In this document: piece after piece, positions 29,726 through 39,619 of the stretch
How the letters are laid out: each line of letters starts with the position of its first letter
Numbering within the stretch: position 1 is the first letter of the stretch
Program-made: the position numbers and the translations under genes
Source of the DNA: a virus
Direction: 5' to 3' (one strand)
Virus record (IMG/VR): IMGVR_UViG_3300036893_000033
Location: 30,888 to 94,887 of that record
Length of the DNA stretch: 64,000 nucleotides
Notes under the pieces: generated by a model
What the model saw: the letters and a program-made list of their open reading frames with translations, nothing else
Told to the model about the DNA's origin: nothing
Database searches by the model: none

Positions 29726-30196
29726 ATGGAAGTCAAACGCAGATCTTTTTTCTCCGCGCTTATCGCGCCGATTGTCGGGCTGTTTACAGGTGACCGGGTT
29801 GAGGCAAAGATGGTGGAACTCAGGGGCAATGGCCATGAGTTTCCCGCCGACGTGTCGGTTGCCGAACCATCCGTCCGCGACCTGTTCACCTTTAACGGCT
29901 GGAGCGCTATCAACCCCAGGCGATGCTATAAATGCGGAGAGCCTCACCGAGACGCCTTCACACTCTATGCGTTTACCTCCGTCACGCCGCCAGCGCCGCC
30001 GCCAGCTTTGGGAAGAAACGTTGAGTCTGCGTTTGCGCTCATGCCTATCGACGAAACAAGGCTCGCTGAGTTCATCGCACTCGGAAAATCGATAGGCTTC
30101 TATCCGCAGAGCATGGACATTACCCGCTCATGGGACAAGTACGCAATGGTCACGTTGGCATTTTCACAGGGGCCAGACCCGCGCGTCAAGCTGTGA
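29726..30196 (+). CDS. Hypothetical protein with twin-arginine motif
   Basis: MEVKRRSFFSALIAPIVGL; TAAAAT 7 nt upstream of the ATG. Confidence 0.6.
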   Translation: MEVKRRSFFSALIAPIVGLFTGDRVEAKMVELRGNGHEFPADVSVAEPSVRDLFTFNGWSAINPRRCYKCGEPHRDAFTLYAFTSVTPPAPPPALGRNVESAFALMPIDETRLAEFIALGKSIGFYPQSMDITRSWDKYAMVTLAFSQGPDPRVKL

Positions 30197-30462
30197 CCAC
30201 TGAGCAGCGCATCATAGCCATATTCGAGCGCGAGGCCCAGGCGTTCCCTGGCGCCTCCCGCATGGCCGGACACACCGAAGTCCGCCCGATCACGCTGGCC
30301 ACGACCGCCGCCGACATCGACTCGCTTGCGTTCATGTCTGCGATCACGAACGTGGAGAATGAGTTTCGCGTGATTACGAACGAGGAGTATGCGGGGCTGC
30401 GGTGCGTGGGGGATTTGTGCCGGTTGTTTAGTGGGGCACATGAGGAAGTCCGCGTGGTGTAA
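30193..30462 (+). CDS. Acyl carrier protein-like
   Basis: DIDSLAFMSAITNVENEFRV..EEY..L.CVGDL matches the ACP pattern with its DSL phosphopantetheine site; GTG start coupled to the upstream stop. Confidence 0.75.
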   Translation: MTTEQRIIAIFEREAQAFPGASRMAGHTEVRPITLATTAADIDSLAFMSAITNVENEFRVITNEEYAGLRCVGDLCRLFSGAHEEVRVV

Positions 30463-30607
30463 CCTTGGTATGGAGCACTGGCCTCCACCATGGGGTCATA
30501 CAGGGGCGCGCCTCCCGCTACGGGGCACGCTCCTGTTCCTGAATCCGTAGCGTCTCACACAGACTGCATACATTATCCGCTCCCCTTTCTGTTCTAAACT
30601 GTAAGCA

Positions 30608-33600
30608 GTGTCTTTATTTGGCAGTTCCGGCCCGCCCCCGATAGCTTCCTTCCAGAATACGCAGCCTTTTGGCGCGTACCCGGTCCAGCAAAGCTTGCGT
30701 GGGCAGGCTTTACAGATCGCTATTGGCACCCCAAGAGTCACTGGCGGCGTCGGGTGGATTGGGGACTGGCATACCATACCGGGCAGTAGCGGCAGCAGCA
30801 AGGTCGGTAAGGGGTCGGGCGGTGGCAAGGGCGCGGTTGATGTCCTGTACGTCGCCTCATTCGCAATTTTTATCTGCCAGGGTGGCCCGAACCCAAGCTC
30901 ATACGGCACGGTCTGGCGCGACCGCAGCATCTATGTCCCGACCAACTCCCAATCTCCGATCCCGCTGTACTTTTCCACTGGCCTCCGTGGCCAGGACCCC
31001 ACTCTAAACACCGTCCTCTCGGCTGGCGGCCAGTTCGGGCCATACCCGGCCAATCAGATCCTCGGCTACAGCGAAATGACGATTGCCTGGTACAAGGATG
31101 CCAACCTCGGCAGTTCCGGCGCGATCTCCAACTACTCATACGAAATCTTCGGCCAGGCCACGTACGCGGGGACCGTTACGGTCTCCGGCACCTCGGTAAC
31201 CGCCAACGCCGGGTGCCAGAGTTTCACCGGCACCATCGGCTTCCCGTCCATGATCGAGTTAACGGGAACGATCACGCTCGACGGCGTGGTCTGCCCGGTG
31301 GCCTCAGTTAACTCCGGTACCTCAATAACGCTCGTGTCCTCAGCCACCTCGGGCGCTACGGTGCCATTCGCCGCCGTCCTGTCCCCCGATGCGCTGGTCA
31401 CCGAGGCCATATTCTTTCTGTTAACGGACTTCAATTGCGCTCACTTCCCGTATGCCAGTATCGGGAGCATGCAGGCCCCGTACGGGGTCGTTAACGTATC
31501 GCTGACGGTGGTCAACTGGGTATCCGGGGACAAGTTTGGCGGTCTTGTCGTGGGCACCAACATCGCCATATACCGCGCACAGTACGTCATCGCGACCATC
31601 GTCTCCGATACGCAATTGACCCTCACCACCACGGTCGCTGGCGGTTATCTGTACAACGTGCTCTTCTTCGGATGCGGCGGCGTCACGAACTACTGCCTCG
31701 CCGCCGGACTCGGCATCTCCCCCATCATCGCCAACCAGGACACGTACTCAAGATACCTGGCAGAGTGGTTTCTGGTCGGGAACATGGAGATGTTTTCGAG
31801 CGAAGGCATCCTCAAGTTTGCCACCTACGCGGATAGTCTGATGACCGGAAACGGCGTCACCTTCGTGCCGAATCTGACCCCCGTCTACAGCCTCAGCCTG
31901 GACTCTTTCATAGCGCCACAAGGCCAGGCTCCGGTGGTATTCTCCCGCACGGCCCCACGCGATATCAACAACCGCCTTGTACTGCAATATAACAACAGGG
32001 GCAATCAGTATAACCCCGAGATCATGGAAGACGAGGACGCCTGGTCGATTCAGTACCAGGTCGGGCGGCGTAACACCGGGGCGGTCATCTCCCTGCCTTG
32101 CATTTGTGAGGCTACCGTCGCGCAGTCGGTTCTCAGCACGCAACTCAAGCGCAACGTCTACATGGTCCGCAAGGTCGCCTTCACGCTGGGGTGGGCGTAC
32201 AGCATCCTGGAGCCGATGGACCTGGTGGACCTGCCCGAGCAGTATCCGTCAACCGGTTTCTGCACGGCACGTATTCTTACCATAGAAGAGGACGAGAACG
32301 GCAATCTGGCCATGACCGCCGAGGTACTGCCGTTCCCGATACTGACACCATCGCTCTACCAGAAGGCCAGCGCCGGTGGCTTCACTGCCGGGTTCACCGC
32401 ATTGCCGGGGGCGACGAATGTGCCCGTTTTTCTGGAGTTAACGCCGCAAATGTCATCTGCCGTAACAGCAACTTCATTCATCCTCGCCATCGCGCTGTCG
32501 GGCGGCCCGAACTGGGGTGGCGCTAATGTCTTTGTGTCAACCGATGGCGGAGGCTCTTACGATGCCATCGGCGCGCAAACGATTAACGCCAACGTGGGAT
32601 ATCTGACATCCGGCCTCGCCGCCGTGGCCAATACGAATGTTCCCGATACGACGAATACCCTGAGCATGAATCTTCAGGAGTCGCTCGGGGATTTGAGTAG
32701 TTTTACGCAATCCCAGTGCGACAACAATGTCTCGCTGGCCTTGATCGACCAGGAGATAGTCAGCTGGAAGACGGCCACGCTGACCGGATCGAACGCCTTC
32801 GACCTGACCTACCTGCGCCGGGGAGTGTTCGGGACGCCCTGCACGGCCCACTCTTCGGGCGCCCCGTTTGCGGATTTCAGCAATAACGCCGCCAGCGCTT
32901 TCCAGTTGACGTATTCGCCAGCCGGGGCATCGGGAAACTCGCCGACCGGTTTTCGGGTTGGCCAGACCCTGCATTTCAAGTTTCCGGCGTTCAATATGGC
33001 CGGTCAGCAGGCGCAAGCGCTTTCCGATGCCGTGGATTATGGCTATACCCTGACCGCGCCGTCCGTGCGTGCGCCGTTGAGCCTGAAGCCTTATTCGCAG
33101 CAGTATTTTTTCGCCCCCTCCGGTTATGCTTTTACGATGGCCCAGGTTGAATCGGGCAACGCCGTCGCCATCGAAGGCACGCCGCCGGTAAACTCTTTCT
33201 CGCCGGCTGTTGCTGCGCCGACGATTGACTTCACCGCGACACTTACGGGTGGCCATTCTCCGAACTGGATCGCTCCGAATGGCCTATACGTAGCTCAGGT
33301 TTTCGCCATCGATTCCAATGGACTATACAGCACAGGGTCGCATCTCTGCGAGTTTACAATTACAGGCAGCGGGTATTGGGCAACCTTCAACGTCACATTC
33401 CCGTCAGGCACTTCCGGGTACGAAGTTTTTATCGGGCCGAGCTTCGACAATCTGGTGGGGCAGGGAAAGCAGGCAGGAGCACCGACTTCGATAACGATTC
33501 AACGGTATAACTCTGAGGGATACGGCCCTCCCGATCCACAGGCGACCAACTTCCACGCACAGGGTAAACAGGTCATCCATGGCGGCATCGCCGCAACCAA

Positions 33601-34879
33601 CGTGGTGTCCTCAACGGCTTCCACTGTGGTTGTTAATTGCCCGTCCGCCCCCTCATCGGGTGAATTCGCGGGACGCTTCCTCATTCTGGTCAGCAAGGCC
33701 GGACTGCCGGCCACGCAGCAGTATGCGATTCAGCCGATTATTGGAAACGACACCGGAACGCCCACATGCACTTTGAACGTGATCAGTTCGACAGGATTGC
33801 TTTATGGCGCTGGTGATCTTGTTTTGATCTCCACGCTGTCGAGCGCCGCGACGGCCACCAGTATTTCCGATGCCGGTCTGGTGAGCCCGTATGCTCCGTA
33901 TGGACTGGGAACGGCAATAGCAACCGCGACTGCCGGGAGCGGAGCAACTACGCTGACCGTGACCGTGAGTTCGGGAGCGATTGCGATTGGCCAGTACATT
34001 ACGTCTCCCGGATATCTGATTTCAGGGACGAAAATAACAACACTCAGCGGGACCGGGCCTTACACGGTCGGCATTTCATCGGCTACTCTCCAGGTGATGA
34101 GCAGCACGTCCGTTTGCGTCGCCAACAGCAACGAGAAAGGCAACCTGCTTCGGGTTCTTTACGATCCAACCGGGACGGCAAGCCCCGCCGATCCTCCCGT
34201 TACGATAACGGACATCACGAATACAGGATGGACCAATACGCCGTGGAAGAATATTCCCGGAACCGGCACGATTTTTATCGAAGAAGAGCCGACATGGAGA
34301 ACCCAAATCGACACAACGGCTGCGATTAACTCAGTGGCTCCGACCACGACATCTACGAATGCCGTTCCGCTGGTTAACCTTCCCGTAGCGAACCTTGAGG
34401 GATTCGTTGCGCTAATCGAGTTGCTCGGCGCCAATTCAAACGGCCTGTATTCGACCGAGCTGGGCGACGGCCTCCGTATGATTTACATCGTGCCGCCGCC
34501 GGATGGCGGGGCTCCATCGCCGAACTATATCGTGCCGGTAGTCGGAGGCGTAGCGACACCCGACGCATCCAAGGGGCCGAATATTCTCATTCTCACCCCG
34601 ACAACCGGAAACGTGACCGTCGTTCAGCCGATCAACTACGGTACCGTCGCCGGTACGGACACGCCGTGGAGCCTGGAAACGCAGGAAGACCCGACCGGGA
34701 CGACGGGGGGATGGGTGGCCACGCTCGACGCTACGTACTTCACCCTGGCCAACCAGATCACGAATACGGCGACCTCGGTTAACAACACCGGTTGCGTCTT
34801 GCAGTTGAGCACCAACTCATCCGGCAATACGCAAGAGACCAGTCAGCGGGTCAGTGACCAGCCAATCGCATCTTTATGA
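30608..34879 (+). CDS. Tail tip/central fibre protein (GTA-like)
   Basis: GTPRV.G.V.W, LEPMDLV, WGGANVFVSTDG, YLRRGVFGT and FKFPAFN motifs. Confidence 0.85.
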   Translation: MSLFGSSGPPPIASFQNTQPFGAYPVQQSLRGQALQIAIGTPRVTGGVGWIGDWHTIPGSSGSSKVGKGSGGGKGAVDVLYVASFAIFICQGGPNPSSYGTVWRDRSIYVPTNSQSPIPLYFSTGLRGQDPTLNTVLSAGGQFGPYPANQILGYSEMTIAWYKDANLGSSGAISNYSYEIFGQATYAGTVTVSGTSVTANAGCQSFTGTIGFPSMIELTGTITLDGVVCPVASVNSGTSITLVSSATSGATVPFAAVLSPDALVTEAIFFLLTDFNCAHFPYASIGSMQAPYGVVNVSLTVVNWVSGDKFGGLVVGTNIAIYRAQYVIATIVSDTQLTLTTTVAGGYLYNVLFFGCGGVTNYCLAAGLGISPIIANQDTYSRYLAEWFLVGNMEMFSSEGILKFATYADSLMTGNGVTFVPNLTPVYSLSLDSFIAPQGQAPVVFSRTAPRDINNRLVLQYNNRGNQYNPEIMEDEDAWSIQYQVGRRNTGAVISLPCICEATVAQSVLSTQLKRNVYMVRKVAFTLGWAYSILEPMDLVDLPEQYPSTGFCTARILTIEEDENGNLAMTAEVLPFPILTPSLYQKASAGGFTAGFTALPGATNVPVFLELTPQMSSAVTATSFILAIALSGGPNWGGANVFVSTDGGGSYDAIGAQTINANVGYLTSGLAAVANTNVPDTTNTLSMNLQESLGDLSSFTQSQCDNNVSLALIDQEIVSWKTATLTGSNAFDLTYLRRGVFGTPCTAHSSGAPFADFSNNAASAFQLTYSPAGASGNSPTGFRVGQTLHFKFPAFNMAGQQAQALSDAVDYGYTLTAPSVRAPLSLKPYSQQYFFAPSGYAFTMAQVESGNAVAIEGTPPVNSFSPAVAAPTIDFTATLTGGHSPNWIAPNGLYVAQVFAIDSNGLYSTGSHLCEFTITGSGYWATFNVTFPSGTSGYEVFIGPSFDNLVGQGKQAGAPTSITIQRYNSEGYGPPDPQATNFHAQGKQVIHGGIAATNVVSSTASTVVVNCPSAPSSGEFAGRFLILVSKAGLPATQQYAIQPIIGNDTGTPTCTLNVISSTGLLYGAGDLVLISTLSSAATATSISDAGLVSPYAPYGLGTAIATATAGSGATTLTVTVSSGAIAIGQYITSPGYLISGTKITTLSGTGPYTVGISSATLQVMSSTSVCVANSNEKGNLLRVLYDPTGTASPADPPVTITDITNTGWTNTPWKNIPGTGTIFIEEEPTWRTQIDTTAAINSVAPTTTSTNAVPLVNLPVANLEGFVALIELLGANSNGLYSTELGDGLRMIYIVPPPDGGAPSPNYIVPVVGGVATPDASKGPNILILTPTTGNVTVVQPINYGTVAGTDTPWSLETQEDPTGTTGGWVATLDATYFTLANQITNTATSVNNTGCVLQLSTNSSGNTQETSQRVSDQPIASL

Positions 34880-37800
34880 GAAAGATAATCACCATCGCTT
34901 TATTTTGCTCGGCGTATCCGGCCTGTTTCGCGCAGACGGCATCCCCTCCGGTCCTTTACGCCGGGGGTCAGCTCACGGGTCCGGTGTACTATGCGCCGCC
35001 ACTGTCGATCACGTCGCTCGGGCTTGCGTATCCGTTTGAACGGCTCAACGACGCTACCAACTGCACTGTGGCATACACGGGAGGTAACGCAGCCAGTCAC
35101 GTTTATCAGGCGCGCGTTCAGACCAGCGGAACTCCCGATACGATTGCATGGCAGAAGGACGGCGGTTCGTGGTCGTCCGGCATACCCATATCCCTTGCAT
35201 CGTTTGCCAACTCACACGCTTACTCGGTTGGTCAGGTGGTAGTCGGATCGGGCCATTCGCAACTGGTCACCGCTTCCGTGTCGCCATATACCAGTCAGTC
35301 GTCCGGCACGCCATCCTGGAGCACCTCGGGCGGTTCGGTGGTTAGCGCAAACGTGACCTTCCGGGATATGGGCGCGCGGCTGTGTATCCCCCTGACGGAC
35401 GGAGTAATCATCGGGTTCGGCGCGTCCACGGGACACAGCGCGACATGGAACCCGCAGTGGGCCAATGCTACACCGTATGGCGCTGGCGGTGTTGTAGCTG
35501 TCAGCGGATACATTCAGGTGGTGACGGCCTGCTCCCCGAGCTGCCCGCAGAGCAGCCAGGCATCGGGAAGTCCGTCATGGAATTCGACTCTCCACGGTAC
35601 GACATCGGACAATTCCGGTGCGCTGACGTGGACCAATGAGGGTCCGACAACCGATGGAATGAACAACCCCGATTCGTGGACCTTCTCTGCCACTATAAGC
35701 GGCACCTCCGTTAACACTACCCACAACGCGCCGGGTACCAATACGCTCTTTACGACGGTACAGCAGCGTCTCGGAGACACACTCGTGTCGTCCGTTTATC
35801 CGGTAGATCCGACCGGGCAGAACGATTCAACGGCGGGACTGAATGCGCTGGCCGCGCAAGCCGCCCTGATAGGAAATTGCGGGGAGGTTCCCTCGGGGTG
35901 GTACAAGGTCACAGGCCTGACGCTGATATCCGCGTGCCTTGAGGCTGAGGCGTCTGGCCAGGTATTTATCGAAGGCACCGTGGCCAACACCCCCGTCATC
36001 CGAATGATGGGATATCGTTCGAAGATTAAGGGCTTCCAGGTTTCGAAATCCCCAGGGCTTGCAGGCGTATCCCTGGTGCAGGTCTACGCTACGCTGACCT
36101 CTTCGCAGCCTGGAGTGACCGCAAACACGCAGGACACCGTAATCGAGGATGTGCTCCTGCAAGGGAGCGCCAATGACCACGTTGCGGCGGGCCTTGAGAT
36201 CACCGCCGATCAGGGTGCTGAGGTACAGTTCACCTGGGGGACTCGCGTCCATATCCAGGGCGCGGATCGTGGCTGGTGGACACACAGCACGGCAGCGTCT
36301 TACGCGACCGGCCATGACAACAACACCAATAATTGTACCGATTGTATAATTGAGCAATCCAGCGTGTGTCTTAGTATTCAAGGAAGTGGGGAGAGCGTCT
36401 ATAACAACTTGCAGACCAACGGGTGTAATGCGTTTCAGTCCGTTGGCACGGTGACGGTCAGCAACGGATCGTATACGGTGACCGCAAACGCCCCATGCTC
36501 GACGTCTCCTGTTGTGTCCCCGGTATTTGTTGGCATTCCGGCCGGTACGCCGATTTACTTTCCCGCACAGACCGGGCAGAACCAACAAGCCTTCGTGGCC
36601 TCGGTGACGGATTACTGCCACATCCAGCTGACGGCTCCTTTTGCGGGATCTTCCGACTCCAACGCCGCTTACGGCGTGGCTCTGGCTCCGGTCGTAATTG
36701 AGCCTGTATGGGTCCCTGGTGGTGCCATCACATCAACAAATAACCAGGTGCAAATCGGTGGCGGCGAGAGTTCCGCTCCGTTGGTATTTATCGCCCCTGG
36801 CGCGTGCGGTAATCAGATCACCACGACCGCTGTGGCCAGTTCCTATGGCGTGACTGGCTTCAACGTGATGGACCTCTCAGGATGCAGCCATTTTTCCTTG
36901 CCGAGATTTAATGTCTGTCCGGGGGTCGATTCGCTCGGTCAGCCGACTTTCGCGATTGGTTACTGTGCATTAAGTGAGATAGACGCAACTCGCGGGCAGT
37001 GGGCCACGTTCCAGATTTTCCCCGTGACGGGCGGCGGTGCTGCAACCGGTGGACAGCCGGACTTGTTTCGGATAGACGGTAATTACAAGGGCGGCTACTC
37101 TCCGGTCGGAGTGAATGCGGCATCTCTCGATTACAACAATACCGGACAGGAGTGGCGTGCGTCCACGACCTACACTTATGGCGAGGTCTATGTGATCGAT
37201 GCGGCGGGCCACGCCCAACAGATAGTGAGCGGGTATTACTGCGTGTCGGGCACTACACAGCCAACCTGGAACGACACCGGGGGTACGACAACAGATGGAA
37301 CATGCCTCGCAATAGATCGGGGCTACGGGGCACCCACCGGCCTTGGCGGTACATATCCGGGCGGCGGACTGTATGTGAACACGGACGCAAAGTGGACCGA
37401 TGGCACCATTCGCGCCGACACGAACCGCACGGATGCGCCGATCACCGGTTCAGTGGATTTTCTGTTCCAGGGCCAGGACTATGCCCGTATCCGTTCGCAA
37501 AATAACTCCGGCGGGAATTACACGGATATCGAATTCCTGTCTCTGGTGAATGTGGCTCCCGCATACCCTTCGCCGGTGAGCGTGATCGCCCGCTTGCGCG
37601 GACAGGGCGGCCTGCAACTGACGCCAGCCACTCCGGGTTGCAACGCGGGCGACCCTTATGACATCTGGCCCACCGCTTACGTAGCCGGATCGCCGGGAAC
37701 GGCGTCAACTCTGCAAGTATGCCTGCAAAATGAAGCCGGGACGTACAAGATGTATACACTGGCCAGCGGCGCGGCGATCCCGCCGCCCGTGGGATCTCCT

Positions 37801-38997
37801 CTTTACGTTGACCTGCCAGCTAACAACACCGGTCAATCGCAGGTTATTTTTTCCTACCAAAACGCAACATATTTTGGTGGGCAAATTATCACTCAGTACA
37901 TAAATCCAGCATCGAGCTCCCTAAGCTATATGGAATTAGACACCGAGAGTGGTGCAAGTACTTTCATTCCATCCCTTATCCTGCACGACGGTGGAGCGCA
38001 GCTTATGCCGGATCTGTCCGGCGGTGGCTTGTGCCGCGCTGGCATCTGGGTACCTGGTAACCCGGTCAGCACGACGGTTGGCACCGAAGGGACGTTGAAC
38101 TACGTCCAGCCATCCGGCGGCAATCCGGGCACAATAGAGTTCTGCGGCGGCAACGGATCGGGCGGCGCCGCGGAGTACGGCATCGCGAGTCTGCCTAATC
38201 TGATAACGGCCAGCGCAACCCTGACGCTCGGCGCGGCGACCGAAATCGATCTCAAGATTGGCGGCTCAGTCCTCACCAGCCTGACGGCATCGGCGTTCAC
38301 CGTTGGCGTGCCCGCGTATTTTCAGGCCGCGATTTACGGTGCAGGTTCTTCCGGCACTCCGATTGTTGACACGAGCAATAATTTTGTAGGCAAGGAATTC
38401 ACGTCTACAAACTCAGGCACTAACCTGGATTTCCAAACCCAATCGGGCTTTGCCTGGAACGGCCAGGGGGACATCGGGGTTCGGTCGCTTATTGTAGGCT
38501 CCGGTTCAGGGGTATTCGCGGTGTCCAACACCGGCGCAATCACCGGATCTCATATCCAGAGCGTCGGAACGGGCGACAGTCCGTCGTTTACCGCGCTGAG
38601 CATTACGGGCACCAGCACGACTGCCTTAAACGTTGCCTCAGGCGGGTTTACTGCCAATGGCTCATCGGGGGCCGTCAGCGGCACTACGGGCTACATGTCC
38701 GGGAACTGGACAGCGGGCAATCTGATCGCGACTTCGGGCGTGTCAGGGACTTCCGGCACGTTTACGACTCTCACGTTTACCGGGTCGCCCGCCACTGCTG
38801 GGCCATACATCGCCGGAAGCGGGATTACAATCGGAGCCGGAGGCACCAACAATATCGCCGTGACGACTCCGTACCCAGGAAGCACGGCTGGTACTCCATT
38901 CACCAATCTTTTGAGCTGCACGACCGTCACCGGCGGGGTTCCGTCTGGATGCACGATACTCACGGGGCCGTTTCCTTATGTAGCTTCAATACCGTAG
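34876..38997 (+). CDS. Tail spike/fibre-like protein (CBM-like repeats plus beta-helix) with N-terminal signal peptide
   Basis: MRKIITIALFCSAYPACFA|Q; three (W/F)....Y..G..V...G repeats; DPTGQNDSTA beta-helix entry motif. Confidence 0.7.
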   Translation: MRKIITIALFCSAYPACFAQTASPPVLYAGGQLTGPVYYAPPLSITSLGLAYPFERLNDATNCTVAYTGGNAASHVYQARVQTSGTPDTIAWQKDGGSWSSGIPISLASFANSHAYSVGQVVVGSGHSQLVTASVSPYTSQSSGTPSWSTSGGSVVSANVTFRDMGARLCIPLTDGVIIGFGASTGHSATWNPQWANATPYGAGGVVAVSGYIQVVTACSPSCPQSSQASGSPSWNSTLHGTTSDNSGALTWTNEGPTTDGMNNPDSWTFSATISGTSVNTTHNAPGTNTLFTTVQQRLGDTLVSSVYPVDPTGQNDSTAGLNALAAQAALIGNCGEVPSGWYKVTGLTLISACLEAEASGQVFIEGTVANTPVIRMMGYRSKIKGFQVSKSPGLAGVSLVQVYATLTSSQPGVTANTQDTVIEDVLLQGSANDHVAAGLEITADQGAEVQFTWGTRVHIQGADRGWWTHSTAASYATGHDNNTNNCTDCIIEQSSVCLSIQGSGESVYNNLQTNGCNAFQSVGTVTVSNGSYTVTANAPCSTSPVVSPVFVGIPAGTPIYFPAQTGQNQQAFVASVTDYCHIQLTAPFAGSSDSNAAYGVALAPVVIEPVWVPGGAITSTNNQVQIGGGESSAPLVFIAPGACGNQITTTAVASSYGVTGFNVMDLSGCSHFSLPRFNVCPGVDSLGQPTFAIGYCALSEIDATRGQWATFQIFPVTGGGAATGGQPDLFRIDGNYKGGYSPVGVNAASLDYNNTGQEWRASTTYTYGEVYVIDAAGHAQQIVSGYYCVSGTTQPTWNDTGGTTTDGTCLAIDRGYGAPTGLGGTYPGGGLYVNTDAKWTDGTIRADTNRTDAPITGSVDFLFQGQDYARIRSQNNSGGNYTDIEFLSLVNVAPAYPSPVSVIARLRGQGGLQLTPATPGCNAGDPYDIWPTAYVAGSPGTASTLQVCLQNEAGTYKMYTLASGAAIPPPVGSPLYVDLPANNTGQSQVIFSYQNATYFGGQIITQYINPASSSLSYMELDTESGASTFIPSLILHDGGAQLMPDLSGGGLCRAGIWVPGNPVSTTVGTEGTLNYVQPSGGNPGTIEFCGGNGSGGAAEYGIASLPNLITASATLTLGAATEIDLKIGGSVLTSLTASAFTVGVPAYFQAAIYGAGSSGTPIVDTSNNFVGKEFTSTNSGTNLDFQTQSGFAWNGQGDIGVRSLIVGSGSGVFAVSNTGAITGSHIQSVGTGDSPSFTALSITGTSTTALNVASGGFTANGSSGAVSGTTGYMSGNWTAGNLIATSGVSGTSGTFTTLTFTGSPATAGPYIAGSGITIGAGGTNNIAVTTPYPGSTAGTPFTNLLSCTTVTGGVPSGCTILTGPFPYVASIP

Positions 38998-39011
38998 GAG
39001 GTAAAAGAAAG

Positions 39012-39365
39012 ATGGAAAAGTTTAGACAAATGATTGAACGCATAAAAAGATTGATCGGGACTGGTATGCTGATTATCGCAGCCACAAATGCCGAAGATGT
39101 GAAGTCCGTTGAGCTTCACGTCCTGACAGACAAGGATATCGCGACGATCTGGCGGGCGCAGGCGAAGATAGCCAACGCACAGGCCGCGCGCACGGAAGCC
39201 AAGGCGGCATCTGACCGAGCCGACTCTGCCGCGATTGAGGCGCGGGAGGCAATCGAACTCGTCAAACACATCTGCGGCGAGGGGCAGATGTTCGCCGAAG
39301 CGAAGAAGGATGTTTTCGCATGCGTGGCAAGTCCGGCGGCAAGCTCGGCACCGGAGAAAAAGTGA
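39012..39365 (+). CDS. Small coiled-coil protein (possible fibre chaperone, possible signal peptide)
   Basis: AGGAGGT RBS; follows the fibre gene. Confidence 0.6.
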   Translation: MEKFRQMIERIKRLIGTGMLIIAATNAEDVKSVELHVLTDKDIATIWRAQAKIANAQAARTEAKAASDRADSAAIEAREAIELVKHICGEGQMFAEAKKDVFACVASPAASSAPEKK

Positions 39366-39425
39366 GGACCGTTCGCGGGCTTTAAGACGCCGGAGCGTTC
39401 CCGTTTTTCTGATACAATATCCTTC

Positions 39426-39507
39426 GTGAGTCGCCCTCGACCAGCGGCCACACACACAAGCTGTGGCGCATCCACTTTTCTTTGTTCTGGGTGCGCCCCG
39501 ATTTTTT
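39426..39507 (+). ncRNA. Candidate two-hairpin small RNA A
   Basis: Extended -10 TGaTACAAT (39410-39418); 5' hairpin, CACACACA linker, GGCGCATCCA/TGGGTGCGCC stem, T tract. Confidence 0.4.
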
Positions 39508-39619
39508 GATTTCCGGGGCATGGCAACCCGCCAGGCGGCTAAGGTAGCGCACCCGTCTCCGCAAACGCTATAATGGCCAGCGAGGCGTTACTAATGTTCT
39601 TTACGTCAGAGGTTGAGCA

